Origin: Candidatus Pacebacteria bacterium GW2011_GWA1_46_10
GTDB lineage: Bacteria; Patescibacteriota; Microgenomatia; UBA1400; PJMF01
Assembly: GCA_001002135.1 (NCBI GenBank)
Contig: LCLP01000003.1
Location: forward strand, 41,198-105,197
Reading direction: 5' to 3'
DNA length: 64,000 nucleotides
In this document: piece by piece, positions 1-9,321 of the stretch
Layout: each line of letters begins with the position of its first letter
Position numbering within the stretch: position 1 is the first letter of the stretch
Translations under genes and position numbers: made by a program
The notes under the pieces: model-generated
The model's input: the letters and a program-made list of their open reading frames with translations, nothing else
What the model was told of the DNA's origin: nothing
Databases searched by the model: none

Positions 1-300
1 CAAAAAACGCTTGATCAGCTGGCTACTCGACCACTCACCGCCAAGAACCTTGATGATACTGCCCGTCAATACATTACCAAGCAGGGTTTTGGTGACCAAT
101 TTATTCATACCACTGGCCATGGGCTTGGGATCGAAATTCACGAACCACCTTCACTGTCATGGCAAAACAATGCTGTTATTCAACCTGGCACTACCATCAC
201 CATTGAACCCGGCATTTACCTGCCAGGTGAGTTTGGTTATCGTCATGAAAACACCATTGTGATCAACCCTAAAAGCATTACAATCTTGACCGAGCTATGA
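1..300 (+). CDS. M24 family metallopeptidase (Xaa-Pro aminopeptidase/Map-like), C-terminal fragment; 5' end outside window
   Basis: Frame-1 translation ...FIHTTGHGLGIEIHEPPSLS...TIEPGIYLPGEFGYRHENTIVI matches the C-terminal metal-binding region of M24 pita-bread peptidases; stop TGA 298-300 overlaps next ATG. Confidence 0.8.
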   Translation, partial: QKTLDQLATRPLTAKNLDDTARQYITKQGFGDQFIHTTGHGLGIEIHEPPSLSWQNNAVIQPGTTITIEPGIYLPGEFGYRHENTIVINPKSITILTEL

Positions 301-806
301 TTATTCGTTTGCTCACCACCGATGATGTCGCCCAATATCGAGCGCTGCGGCTTAAGGCTTTGCAAACCAATCCGGAAAGTTATCTTTCCACCTATGAAAG
401 TGAGAAAAATAAGCCGCTTGATTCATTTGCTTGGGAACTGCGGTATGCCACCAGCCAGCCAGTGAATGGGTATTATGGGGTGTTTATTGATGATCAATTA
501 GTTGGCTATACACAACTAGAACGCTCATACTTGGCCAAACAACAACACATTGCCTACCTGTACAGTCTCTATGTCGACCCAGCTTACCGCGGAAAGGGTC
601 ACGCCTCCAAGCTTTTGACCTATCTTGGCCAATTGGCTAAGGAAAAGGCTGGTATTGAACGTCTTTTCATCACCTGCAACCGCAAAAATCTCCCCGCCCA
701 GGAGCTTTATAAAAAGCTGGGGTTCAAGCAATACTCCATTCGCGAAAAAAGTGTCAAGTGGGGTAATGAATATGATGACGAGATTGAGATGGTGAAAGAG
801 CTTTGA
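297..806 (+). CDS. GNAT family N-acetyltransferase
   Basis: 169 aa; acetyl-CoA binding motif region YVDPAYRGKGHASKLL...ELYKKLGF typical of GNAT fold. Confidence 0.8.
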   Translation: MIIRLLTTDDVAQYRALRLKALQTNPESYLSTYESEKNKPLDSFAWELRYATSQPVNGYYGVFIDDQLVGYTQLERSYLAKQQHIAYLYSLYVDPAYRGKGHASKLLTYLGQLAKEKAGIERLFITCNRKNLPAQELYKKLGFKQYSIREKSVKWGNEYDDEIEMVKEL

Positions 807-857
807 GTTGACGACATTTCCAACCCTTCCTTGGCCATTTACCACAAGTGAAATTTC

Positions 858-1409
858 TTATTTACAGTTGCCACTGGTGTCTCTCATATTAGGAGCGACA
901 CATTTATATGATCCTTCTGAGAATTCTTTTTCTATCCAACATGTGACTTGACCTTCCAAACAACAGTTAAATAAGTCTTCATTTGCCACGTCATCCCCCG
1001 CCCAATTCTTTGTTTGACGACAATAGCCAGTATAAGGAGGGTCCACAAACTCATATACCCAGGACCCGCCGCCAGAGTCAACCGGCCGACAGGTAGTAGG
1101 ATTTGGGCAATAGACTACTTCAGCTCCTCCTTCTCCCCCTTCCCCACCTCCTCTAACTCCTGTGGCGGAGCCGCAACAGATGGCTCCTTTTTTCGCACAC
1201 GAGCCGGAGATATTAGCTTTATTCACCTCAAGACAGCTTTCAATCCCCTGCTCGCAAGTACCTGGGCAGGTTTCGGTAAAACTGTTTTGACGACTACCAC
1301 AACTAGCGTCATATCTCTTTTTACACTCTCCGGCTTTTTTATCCCAAGTCCAGCGGTATTTGCTGGAACAACCAGTACACTCTGCTTCAGTTGAAGGTGG
1401 TTTGGCCAA
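858..1409 (-). CDS. Cys- and Gly-rich hypothetical protein (start uncertain; called start is TTG)
   Basis: 183-aa ORF with >20 Cys, GGGEGGEGG run, CC and CxxC pairs; no recognisable family; no obvious signal peptide from the called start. Confidence 0.35.
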   Translation of the reverse strand: MAKPPSTEAECTGCSSKYRWTWDKKAGECKKRYDASCGSRQNSFTETCPGTCEQGIESCLEVNKANISGSCAKKGAICCGSATGVRGGGEGGEGGAEVVYCPNPTTCRPVDSGGGSWVYEFVDPPYTGYCRQTKNWAGDDVANEDLFNCCLEGQVTCWIEKEFSEGSYKCVAPNMRDTSGNCK

Positions 1410-1603
1410 AGACCGGATATCAAAACTCCCTAACTGAATGTTGGTTCACTACCAAGCTAGAAAAAACTAAAATATTTTTCTTATTTTTAAACCGCTTATA
1501 CTTCATTTTGGTAAACATCAATGGTTTAGTTTGAAATAGCTGTGTAAAAACTGTCAAATAAGAAAATAAACCGCCGGCCGTGCCGTAATTTTTTCGCCAT
1601 TAG

Positions 1604-1676
1604 TGGACCGTAGGAGAGTCGAACTCCTGACCTTTGCAATGCGAATGCAACGCTCTACCAACTGAGCTAACGGCCC
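1604..1676 (-). tRNA. tRNA-Ala (anticodon CGC), no encoded CCA
   Basis: Reverse complement GGGCCGTTAGCTCAGTTGGTAGAGCGTTGCATTCGCATTGCAAAGGTCAGGAGTTCGACTCTCCTACGGTCCA folds as cloverleaf: 7-bp acceptor with G3:U70 Ala identity pair, D-arm GCTC/GAGC, anticodon loop TTCGCAT (CGC), T-loop TTCGACT. Confidence 0.9.
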
Positions 1677-1687
1677 GCGACAAACGT

Positions 1688-1716
1688 TATTGTAGCATCT
1701 GGACGATTCCAACTTG
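1688..1716 (-). promoter_or_regulatory. candidate tRNA-Ala promoter (-10 TACAAT at 1693..1688; weak -35)
   Basis: TACAAT hexamer ends about 11 nt upstream of tRNA 5' end; -35 region only weakly matches (TCAAGT/AAGTTG). Confidence 0.3.
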
Positions 1717-1750
1717 ACGAGAAGACCCCATAGTTATAGGATACTCTTAT

Positions 1751-1798
1751 ATGAAAACACCACCGATGAGCGCCAGTGCCCATCATGCCCTGCTGTAA
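1751..1798 (+). CDS. candidate 15-aa leader peptide (MKTPPMSASAHHALL) upstream of hisS
   Basis: ATG 1751 preceded by AGGA 10 nt upstream; two adjacent His codons (CAT CAT 1781-1786); stop TAA 1796-1798 immediately followed by GCGGGG that can pair with CCCGC of the downstream terminator. Confidence 0.3.
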   Translation: MKTPPMSASAHHALL

Positions 1799-1827
1799 GC
1801 GGGGTTGTGGTTGTTGTGCTTTTCAAT

Positions 1828-1848
1828 CCCGCTTCCGGCGGGTTTTTT
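1828..1848 (+). terminator. intrinsic terminator-like hairpin (CCCGC-UUCCG-GCGGG + U6) in hisS leader
   Basis: 5-bp GC stem 1828-1832/1838-1842 followed by TTTTTT 1843-1848, about 50 nt upstream of hisS ATG on the coding strand. Confidence 0.55.
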
Positions 1849-1896
1849 GTATCAAGAAACAAGTTAATGAATAGTTTATAGTTAAGAGCAAGAATC

Positions 1897-3147
1897 ATGA
1901 CTAAACCCACTCAACCTCTCCAAACTCTTAAAGGTTTTCGCGACCTGCTGCCGACAGAGAAGCGCGCCCGGGATTTTGTGACCAAAAAGATCATTGAGAC
2001 CTTTGAAAACTTTGGTTTTGCTCCCCTGGAAACACCGACTTTGGAGTACGCTTCTCTCCTGCTGGGTAAGTACGGCAAAGAAGCGGATAAATTACTATAC
2101 ACCTTCAAAGACCGGGGTAAGCGTGAAGTAGGTTTACGGTACGACCAGACCGTTCCGACCGCTCGGGTGCTCGCTCAATACCAAGGAAAACTACCCCAAT
2201 ATTTCCGCCGCTACCAGATTCAGAATGTTTTCCGCGCCGACAAACCTCAGCAAGGCCGTTATCGCGAGTTCACCCAGTGCGATGTCGATATTTTCGGCAG
2301 CACTTCCCCACTGGCCGACGCCGAGATCCTGGCCTGTGCTTACCAGGCATTTCAGAGTGTTGGCTTTAAACAAATGATACTCAAGATTAATGATCGCCAA
2401 ACCTTGATTAAAACCTTAGAACCATTCGCCACCGACCAAGTCAACGTCTATTCCATTATTCAAACCATCGATAAATTGGATAAGCAAACACCCGAACAAG
2501 TGACGAAAGAACTGGTGGCTAAAGGGCTTGCTAAACAACCAGCAAATGAGGCTTTATTGAGTATTAAAAAAGCTGAAAAATCAACTAATTTGGCTGAAAT
2601 TGAACAATTAACTATCTCATTGGGCGTACCGGCCGAAGCACTCGTTTACTCCTCGACCCTCGCCCGCGGCTTAGATTACTACACTGGCATGATTGCCGAG
2701 ATCATGGTGCCCGAATACCCTGGCGGATCGTGCGGCGGCGGCGGGCGCTTTGACAACCTCATTGGCGATATCGGCGGCCCTCAAACTCCAGCTGTTGGTA
2801 TCTCGTTTGGTTTTGATCGTATCGTCGAGGCCGCCACCCAACTTGGGTTAATCCCTCCCTCCGGCGGACCGCAAGTGCTGGCCGCGATGGTGAGTAAAGA
2901 TACTCAAGAGGCGACGCTCAAAGCCGCCGCCAAACTGCGAGCACAAGGCATTGCGGTTGAGGTTTACCCTGCTTTTGATAAACTCACCAAACAGCTGAAA
3001 TACGCCAACCAAGCCAAGATTCCCTATGTCTTGTTAGTTGGCGAAGAAGAGGTAAAAGCTGGCCAAGTCAGTCTGAAAAACATGGCTACTGGTCAACAAC
3101 AAACTACTACCCTTAAAAACCTGAAGACCTTTCAGTTTGAAAAGTAA
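1897..3147 (+). CDS. hisS: histidyl-tRNA synthetase
   Basis: 416 aa; class II aaRS motifs (..FRDLLP.., ..RYREFTQCDVDIFG.., GGGRFDNL) and HisRS anticodon-binding C-terminus. Confidence 0.95.
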   Translation: MTKPTQPLQTLKGFRDLLPTEKRARDFVTKKIIETFENFGFAPLETPTLEYASLLLGKYGKEADKLLYTFKDRGKREVGLRYDQTVPTARVLAQYQGKLPQYFRRYQIQNVFRADKPQQGRYREFTQCDVDIFGSTSPLADAEILACAYQAFQSVGFKQMILKINDRQTLIKTLEPFATDQVNVYSIIQTIDKLDKQTPEQVTKELVAKGLAKQPANEALLSIKKAEKSTNLAEIEQLTISLGVPAEALVYSSTLARGLDYYTGMIAEIMVPEYPGGSCGGGGRFDNLIGDIGGPQTPAVGISFGFDRIVEAATQLGLIPPSGGPQVLAAMVSKDTQEATLKAAAKLRAQGIAVEVYPAFDKLTKQLKYANQAKIPYVLLVGEEEVKAGQVSLKNMATGQQQTTTLKNLKTFQFEK

Positions 3148-3166
3148 AACCAGCCGCGGGGCATCA

Positions 3167-3676
3167 TTATAAGTAGCGAATCAAGATCCACCAGGGGGTA
3201 TTAATCGGACCCTCGCCCAACTCAAAGTTATTAGTATCAAGACTGAAAGTAATTTTTGCTACCTTTCCTCGGTGCACAACGCCCTGCCTGACCGGTGGTG
3301 GTAAAACATTTTCCAGCGCGCCAGCGTGGGTCTGCTCCATCAGCTGGAGCGAATAAACATGAATTTTATACTCAAGCAAATCGTCGATAAATTGTAAAAT
3401 GATGTTGCCAAAAACTCTCCAGTCAACCGTGACCTGTCCTTCACCATTTTCCATTTTTTCTGCCAATTGAAAAAACGATTTACCCTGACCCAAAACAACA
3501 GTCTCCGGCATCACTTCGTCCTCATAGATTTTCTTCTGATCTTGCTCAAAGTCGCGGACAAACTCATGCTCGCCTAGTATCTGTTGTAGACCAATCACAA
3601 ACATCCCCAGCTCGTTTTCATAGCCAATCTCAAGTACCGCTTTTTTCTCCAGTGAGTCACTTAATATATCACTCAT
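3167..3676 (-). CDS. hypothetical protein
   Basis: 169-aa ORF, no recognised motifs; fills gap convergent with hisS. Confidence 0.5.
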   Translation of the reverse strand: MSDILSDSLEKKAVLEIGYENELGMFVIGLQQILGEHEFVRDFEQDQKKIYEDEVMPETVVLGQGKSFFQLAEKMENGEGQVTVDWRVFGNIILQFIDDLLEYKIHVYSLQLMEQTHAGALENVLPPPVRQGVVHRGKVAKITFSLDTNNFELGEGPINTPWWILIRYL

Positions 3677-3718
3677 AATCGGTCGAATTATATCAGCAAA
3701 CAGTTCATTTTAGCTTCA

Positions 3719-3747
3719 TTGGCCTTTCCCCTACCCCATGCTATAAT
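3719..3747 (+). promoter_or_regulatory. candidate sigma70 promoter for rpmE (TTGGCC-17-TATAAT)
   Basis: TTGGCC 3719-3724, 17-nt spacer, TATAAT 3742-3747; predicted TSS only about 4 nt before the ATG (near-leaderless). Confidence 0.45.
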
Positions 3748-3757
3748 CGCCTCTCTG

Positions 3758-4096
3758 ATGAAAGCCAATATCCATCCTCAGTGGCATCATGACACAGTCG
3801 TGACCTGTAGCTGCGGCAATACTTTTACCACCGGCTCGACGAAGCAAGCGATTCACGTCGATATCTGTAGTGCCTGCCACCCATTTTTCACTGGTGAAAT
3901 GAAGTTTGTGGACGTCCAGGGCCGGGTCGATAAATTTATGGCCAAGGTCAAACATGCTCAAGTCACACAGACTCAAACCCAGAAAAAAGCTGCCAAGAAA
4001 AAAGCCGCTGAGGCCAAATCTTACCAACAGATTTTACGCGAACAAAAAGCCACCCTCCAAGGGGCTAAGCAGACTACTCCCGCTTCTCAAAATTAG
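3758..4096 (+). CDS. rpmE: 50S ribosomal protein L31 with Lys/Ala-rich C-terminal extension
   Basis: [28 protein letters not shown]...[11 protein letters not shown] matches L31 Cx2C...CxH zinc ribbon; extra ~40-aa [12 protein letters not shown] tail; ORF-track start 3719 is likely too early. Confidence 0.85.
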   Translation: MKANIHPQWHHDTVVTCSCGNTFTTGSTKQAIHVDICSACHPFFTGEMKFVDVQGRVDKFMAKVKHAQVTQTQTQKKAAKKKAAEAKSYQQILREQKATLQGAKQTTPASQN

Positions 4097-4115
4097 CTTT
4101 ACTCCAGAGGTGATT

Positions 4116-4138
4116 CACTCCCAACCCGGGAGTTTTTT
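4116..4138 (+). terminator. intrinsic terminator after rpmE
   Basis: ACTCCCAACCCGGGAGT hairpin followed by TTTTTT (4133-4138). Confidence 0.6.
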
Positions 4139-4172
4139 GCCGTCAGGGCATATATAATGAAGGGACCATCGT

Positions 4173-5114
4173 ATGCATAACCCATACAGTACTCAAATCA
4201 GCGAACTGGAAGAGAAAATTAAAGCCAACGAGCAACTCTTGGATGATCCTGAATTGGCTGAACTGGCCAAACAAGAACTGGAGAGCTTAAAAGCGCAAAA
4301 ACAAGTCTTGGAAGATGCGGCCGCTGAACTGACTCAAGACCACCCAATCGGCAGTGATCCCAGTGATACCACTCAGTCTAACGCGATCCTCGAGATTCGT
4401 GGCGGCGCAGGTGGTGATGAAGCCAAAATCTGGGCCAACGACCTGCTGCGGATGTACGTACGATTTGCTGAACGTATTGGGTTAAAATACGAATACCTTG
4501 ATGATACGGTCATTCAGTTTCGCGGCAAAGCAGAGCTAGACGGCCAAGTGTTGCACCCGTACGAACTGCTCAAATACGAATCAGGCGTGCATCGCGTTCA
4601 GCGAGTGCCGGTCACCGAGGCACAAGGTCGAGTCCATACCTCCACCGCCAGTGTGGCCGTCTTGCCTGAAATCGCCCAGAACACCATCGCCATTAAAGAC
4701 GAAGATCTGGAATGGCAGTTTATGCGCGCGAGCGGTGCCGGCGGGCAGTCGGTCAATAAAACTAGCAGTGCCGTCCGCCTCACTCACACTCCCAGCGGCA
4801 TTGTCGTGACCTCCAGCCGCGAGCGCAAACAGGCTCAAAACCGGCAAATCGCGCTGGCACTACTGCGAGCTCAGCTCTGGGAAATCGAGGAAGAAAAACG
4901 CCTGGAAAAGCTGGGGAAAGCGCGCAGTGTGATCGGCAGAGCGATGCGCGCCGAGAAAATCCGCACCTATAACTACCCCCAAAACCGCGTCACCGATCAT
5001 CGAATTGCGGTTTCGTGGCACGCGCTCGATACTATTATCGACGGTGATTTAGAAAAAGTACTCTTGGAAGTACGTCAAAAACTGGAAAATCCAGAAAAAC
5101 TGACCGAGGACTAA
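4173..5114 (+). CDS. prfA: peptide chain release factor 1
   Basis: 313 aa; GGQ motif (SGAGGQSVNKT) and PVT tripeptide anticodon motif (RVPVTEAQGR) = RF1 rather than RF2 (SPF). Confidence 0.9.
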   Translation: MHNPYSTQISELEEKIKANEQLLDDPELAELAKQELESLKAQKQVLEDAAAELTQDHPIGSDPSDTTQSNAILEIRGGAGGDEAKIWANDLLRMYVRFAERIGLKYEYLDDTVIQFRGKAELDGQVLHPYELLKYESGVHRVQRVPVTEAQGRVHTSTASVAVLPEIAQNTIAIKDEDLEWQFMRASGAGGQSVNKTSSAVRLTHTPSGIVVTSSRERKQAQNRQIALALLRAQLWEIEEEKRLEKLGKARSVIGRAMRAEKIRTYNYPQNRVTDHRIAVSWHALDTIIDGDLEKVLLEVRQKLENPEKLTED

Positions 5115-5171
5115 TATTTACTCCGAATACCTTTGAAAAGAGAATAGAGCAAATTTGCTATATGATAAAAA

Positions 5172-5201
5172 AAGGAAGGCTCGCTACGCCTTCCTTTTTC
5201 G
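5172..5201 (+). terminator. intrinsic terminator after prfA (possibly bidirectional)
   Basis: AAAAAAGGAAGGC-TCGCTAC-GCCTTCCTTTTTC: 9-bp stem with A-run upstream and T-run downstream. Confidence 0.55.
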
Positions 5202-5372
5202 TTATGGTACCGGCATTTGGTTGTCTGCTCCTGCCTGACTTTGCTCAATAACTTGAGGAGCTTCCTGCCTGTCAGGAACGGAGGGTTTAGTCAACACAAA
5301 CGTCAGCACCAACCGGACAACAATCATCACTTCCATGAAGAGGGTCGCCAGTTGAGTTCTGGAGAATTTCAT
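5202..5372 (-). CDS. small membrane protein (56 aa from internal ATG with strong SD)
   Basis: ATG at 5372 preceded by GGAAAGGAGAG 4 nt upstream; MKFSRTQLATLFMEVMIVVRLVLTFVL is one TM helix; upstream 11 codons of the called ORF lack an RBS. Confidence 0.4.
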   Translation of the reverse strand: MKFSRTQLATLFMEVMIVVRLVLTFVLTKPSVPDRQEAPQVIEQSQAGADNQMPVP

Positions 5373-5692
5373 GACTCTCCTTTCCCCGAGTAATTCAGGC
5401 AACAAGCCTGCGTACCACTTACGTTAGAACAAGCTCGTACTCGGTTTCACTTGCTCTCCTCAATTTTTTCTGCTGGAAAACACCAAAGACAACAAATCAC
5501 CCGCTCGTTTGACCGGGGTTGTGCCTTTGAGTTAACAAAAAGGAAATAACATCACTGCCCCGGCGTTAGAAACGACGGTGCCAATACTTGTTCGCCAGAG
5601 TAAAAGCAAACCAGCTGTGATTCATAAGACCATCATTTTAAAACAAAAGTGAAAAAAAGAAAGCTACAAACCCCCTCTTTAAGCTCGCTCAT

Positions 5693-7054
5693 TTACAATT
5701 CTTCAATCGCCTTTAACAAAACTTCATCCGCTTCCGTTTCCGGATCATCTTGGGCTTCAATATCCACCGGCAAACCAGTGTCATGAATCCACTCACCTTT
5801 GGGCATCAACCAGCGGCCAATCGTCACGTGCAATCCGCCACCGTTAGACAGTTCCCGGCGATCCTGAATCGTGCCTTTGCCAAAGGTTTTTTCACCCACC
5901 AATTTGGCGCCAATGTTGTCTTTGAGGGCTCCCGCCACGATCTCTGAAGCTGAGGCACTGCCGCGGTTAACCAACACTATCACCGGCATATTCACTAATC
6001 GGCCGCCGCCATTCACTTTGAAATCCTGAGTGTCCACCTTTCCTTGTTGAGAGACCACAATCCCATTGCGGAAAAAGTCGCCCGCCAGATCAATCGACAC
6101 ATCAAAAAATCCGCCTGGGTTGTTACGCATATCCAGCGCGATGCCGGTCAACTGATTCTTTTCTGCGGTAACTTGACTGACAATCTGATCCCATTCACTT
6201 TGCGTACGCTCACCAAATTTAGACAATTTAATATGCGCCACTCGTTTACCGGCCGACTCCACAAACTCCAGTTGTGCCGATTTAATAATGATCTCATCCC
6301 GAGCCACATCAACCACAAACGGATCCCGACCACTATCAGGCCGAAAGAGCGTCAAACTGACAATATCATTTTTGCCGCCGCGGATCTTGTTGACCGCCTC
6401 ATCCAAAGACCAGCCAGTGGTATCTTCATCCAAACCTTTTTTTTCATCTTTAACATGCAAAATCAGATCGCCAGCCAAAACGCCAGCTTTCTCAGCCGGA
6501 CTGTCCGGCAGCGGCGCTACCACCGCCAAAGTCCCATCAATGTACCCCAATTCAATCCCCACCCCGTAAAAAGAACCGGCCAGATCTTCGGCGCTGCGTT
6601 GATTTTCCTCTGGTGGTAAATACACTGTGTATGGATCCCCAAGCGAAGCAGTCATACCGGCGATCGCGCCGTCGACCATTTGCTCCGCATCCAGTTTCTC
6701 CGGCTCTAAGTAATCCCGCTCCAAGTACCCCCACACCTCCCAAAAAGTATCAAAGTTAATTTTCTCGTTACTGGGCTGGGCACTGCCAATCAATCGATCT
6801 GAAGGCTTGCTGATGCCCACCGTCATCAACGGCTGAACAAATGGCAAGCGCTCAAGTCCAAAAAACAGTTTGCCAGTGCGAGCATACCGCACCCCAATCA
6901 CTCCACCCAACCAAAAAAGCAAAATAATAGCGATAAACTTGGCCACGTTTTTGACCGTGACCAGGCGAAGACGAGGCGGTTTTTCCACCGGGAGAGTAAA
7001 TTCAGGCTCCTGCATCATGAGTTTCCATTGTAACTGAAGCCAAATGATGAGCAA
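5693..7054 (-). CDS. ctpA: carboxyl-terminal processing protease (S41, PDZ-containing)
   Basis: 453 aa; N-terminal TM, PDZ region, S41 catalytic region ..VLVNRGSASASEIVAGALKD.. with Ser/Lys dyad context. Confidence 0.85.
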   Translation of the reverse strand: MLIIWLQLQWKLMMQEPEFTLPVEKPPRLRLVTVKNVAKFIAIILLFWLGGVIGVRYARTGKLFFGLERLPFVQPLMTVGISKPSDRLIGSAQPSNEKINFDTFWEVWGYLERDYLEPEKLDAEQMVDGAIAGMTASLGDPYTVYLPPEENQRSAEDLAGSFYGVGIELGYIDGTLAVVAPLPDSPAEKAGVLAGDLILHVKDEKKGLDEDTTGWSLDEAVNKIRGGKNDIVSLTLFRPDSGRDPFVVDVARDEIIIKSAQLEFVESAGKRVAHIKLSKFGERTQSEWDQIVSQVTAEKNQLTGIALDMRNNPGGFFDVSIDLAGDFFRNGIVVSQQGKVDTQDFKVNGGGRLVNMPVIVLVNRGSASASEIVAGALKDNIGAKLVGEKTFGKGTIQDRRELSNGGGLHVTIGRWLMPKGEWIHDTGLPVDIEAQDDPETEADEVLLKAIEEL

Positions 7055-7214
7055 CCAGATAAATCGTTTTTACCCAGGTTAACGTAGTCCATTTACTGAG
7101 ATAGAATCACTTTTTTGACTTTTTCAACATATATAACAGATATATAAAAATTACATAACAGTTATATAGACTGCAAAACGCTCATTTTGACTATCAGTGG
7201 TGCTCAAATAAAAC

Positions 7215-8981
7215 TCATTTGACCGTCACGCTCTTGGCTAAATTTCGGGGTTTATCAGGGTTATTACCCAAATGAACTGCCAAGAAGTATGACAACAACT
7301 GGCACGGCACCACTTTGGTGATCACGTCCAAGTCGCCGCCATCTGGTGTCGGCACGTGAAGGTCAAAAAACTCATTGTTTTCGGCTGCGATGCCAATAGT
7401 CTTGGCTCCACGCGCTCGCACTTCTGCCAGGGCCACCAACAGATCGTTTTTATACTGGTCATCGCCCAAGATCCCAAACACCGGGGTGCCTTTTTTAATG
7501 AGCGTAATCACGCCGTGTTTCAATTCCCCGGCCGAAAAACTCTCACAGTGCATATAGACCGTTTCCTTGAGTTTCAAGGCCGATTCAAAACCGGTATAAA
7601 AGTGTTGACCTTTCCCCAACACAAACAAGTGTTGGTCTTTTTCCAACTCTGGAATGAGTTTTTTAATGGTGGTAAAGGTCTTTGGCTGAAAATACGTCTT
7701 AAGCTGTTTGGCGAGCGCATGAATCCGCTTTTGCGCCAGCTCGAAACGCCCGGCATAGGTCATCGCCAAAAGATACCCCCAAACTATTTGAGCAGTGTAA
7801 GCCTTAGTCGAGACCACACAAATCTCCGGACCAGAGCGGGAGAAGTAAGGGTAGTCAGAGATGCGGCTCAAGGTGGAACCGATCATATTGACAATGCTGG
7901 CAATCTTCACCCGCTCAATCTGGGCTTTGCGCACTGCCTCCAGTGTGTCGGCCGTTTCCCCGCTTTGGCTGACCACAATCAATAAGTCATGTGAATCAAA
8001 AAACGGCAAATAGCTGTCCACCTCATAAGCCCGCAGTTCCTGGGCAGGCAGGAGCGCGATGGTGCGCAGGAAGTAGGCTACCTGACCGGCCGCATAGGAA
8101 GCCGTACCGGAACCAATCGTATAGATGTTCCTGGCATGCTTCAAAGCCGCCACCAGCGGCACCAATTCCTTTTCCGAGTAACTGGCTGCCTCCACCACCG
8201 TGTGTTGCTGTTCGACGATTTCTTTGAGCATGAAGTGGTCATAGCCTTCTTTGTCGACTTTTTGTTCCACCAAATCAAGCTTTTGGCGTTTGGGATGGAG
8301 CGTTCTACCAGTCTTCACGTCGTAAAACGAAACATCACCATCGACCACCACCAGCTGCATATCATCAATATAGGTAACCGTCTCCGCTTTGCCGGCCAAT
8401 GGCAGAGTATCAGAGGCCAACAGCACTCCCTTGGGTAAATGACCCAGCACCAGTGGCGAACCATTACGGACCGCCACAATGCTTTTGGTTTGCTGATCTA
8501 AGACGATGATGGTGTTGCGGCCGGCCAGTTTTAAGAAAGCTTGCCTGACTGCTTCACGAAAACTGCTGGCTTGCTTGAGTCGATGATGAATGAGATGAAC
8601 AATCACCTCGGTATCAGTTGGAGTTTTAAACTGATACCCAACCTTGGTGAGCATCGCCTTTAATTCCAGGTAATTCTCGACGATACCGTTTTGAGCGACG
8701 ACAAACCGACCATCTGACGAGGCATGCGGATGCGCGTTTTCTTGCGTTACACCACCATGAGTGGCCCAGCGCGTGTGAGCAATCCCCATCGTGGCGTCAG
8801 CTGGCGGCCGGCTCAGTTTCCCTTCCCCGATCGCCCCGACTTTTTTCTCGAGGAAAATACCGTTTTTTGTCAGGGCTGCTACACCCCACGAGTCGTAGCC
8901 GCGGTACTCCATCCGCTTCAAGCCTTCAACTAACTGATCAGTGACTTTACCTTGTCCTTTAAAACCGATAATGCCGCACAT
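7215..8981 (-). CDS. glmS: glutamine--fructose-6-phosphate aminotransferase (isomerizing)
   Basis: 588 aa; N-terminal MCGIIG Ntn glutaminase Cys, two SIS domains, C-terminal ..KSVTVK. Confidence 0.95.
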   Translation of the reverse strand: MCGIIGFKGQGKVTDQLVEGLKRMEYRGYDSWGVAALTKNGIFLEKKVGAIGEGKLSRPPADATMGIAHTRWATHGGVTQENAHPHASSDGRFVVAQNGIVENYLELKAMLTKVGYQFKTPTDTEVIVHLIHHRLKQASSFREAVRQAFLKLAGRNTIIVLDQQTKSIVAVRNGSPLVLGHLPKGVLLASDTLPLAGKAETVTYIDDMQLVVVDGDVSFYDVKTGRTLHPKRQKLDLVEQKVDKEGYDHFMLKEIVEQQHTVVEAASYSEKELVPLVAALKHARNIYTIGSGTASYAAGQVAYFLRTIALLPAQELRAYEVDSYLPFFDSHDLLIVVSQSGETADTLEAVRKAQIERVKIASIVNMIGSTLSRISDYPYFSRSGPEICVVSTKAYTAQIVWGYLLAMTYAGRFELAQKRIHALAKQLKTYFQPKTFTTIKKLIPELEKDQHLFVLGKGQHFYTGFESALKLKETVYMHCESFSAGELKHGVITLIKKGTPVFGILGDDQYKNDLLVALAEVRARGAKTIGIAAENNEFFDLHVPTPDGGDLDVITKVVPCQLLSYFLAVHLGNNPDKPRNLAKSVTVK

Positions 8982-9321
8982 ACGTATCCTTTCGACACAG
9001 ATAGACTCTTAAAAGAGTTATTGTTACTGATAAAAATGGAAGTTTAAGACCGTGAGTGAGGGTCTTTGTATATTGGTTGTCAGACTTTGGTCAACCGTCA
9101 CCGGTTGGTTTCATCCCACAATTTATGGACGTATACTCGCCCAGAGGGTCTCCGTAGATGCTCCCCGCCATGGCGGGGGTCCGAGCTTCTCCCGATGTAT
9201 CGGGAGAAATCCCTCTTCCTCGTCTTCCCGATTTCGATTCCGTCTTATCGGGACCACACGCTCTAGTGATAGAGACTCTGCTCACCTCCTTTCGTTTAAT
9301 ACCAAGCTTAATATACCACAA
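8982..9321 (-). promoter_or_regulatory. long structured 5' leader of glmS (candidate cis-regulatory RNA; glmS-ribozyme-like GACGAGGA motif)
   Basis: 340 nt non-coding upstream of glmS on its strand containing several GC-rich hairpins (CCCGAU-N14-AUCGGG; UCUCCCGAUACAUCGGGAGA; CCCCGCCAUGGCGGGG) and AAGACGAGGAAGAGGG with downstream CCCUCU complement. Confidence 0.4.

Noticed and set aside
1604-1676. Alternative anticodon assignment for the tRNA (e.g. tRNA-Val or tRNA-Gly)
   Set aside because: Cloverleaf registration puts CGC at positions 34-36 of a canonical 7-nt loop, and the G3:U70 pair supports alanine identity.
7356-7985. Long antisense ORFs inside glmS (209 aa), topA (44630-45118, 162 aa), guaB (27708-28091) and cysS (34461-34772)
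   Set aside because: Shadow ORFs on the opposite strand of high-confidence conserved genes. No RBS and biased low-complexity composition.
9226-9254. tRNA/tmRNA-like 3' end (TTCGATTCC ... TATCGGGACCA) suggesting a tmRNA or tRNA-like element
   Set aside because: No matching 5' acceptor strand, no T-stem complementarity around the TTCGATT loop, and no tag-peptide reading frame. Better explained as one of three CCCGAU/AUCGGG hairpins in the glmS leader.
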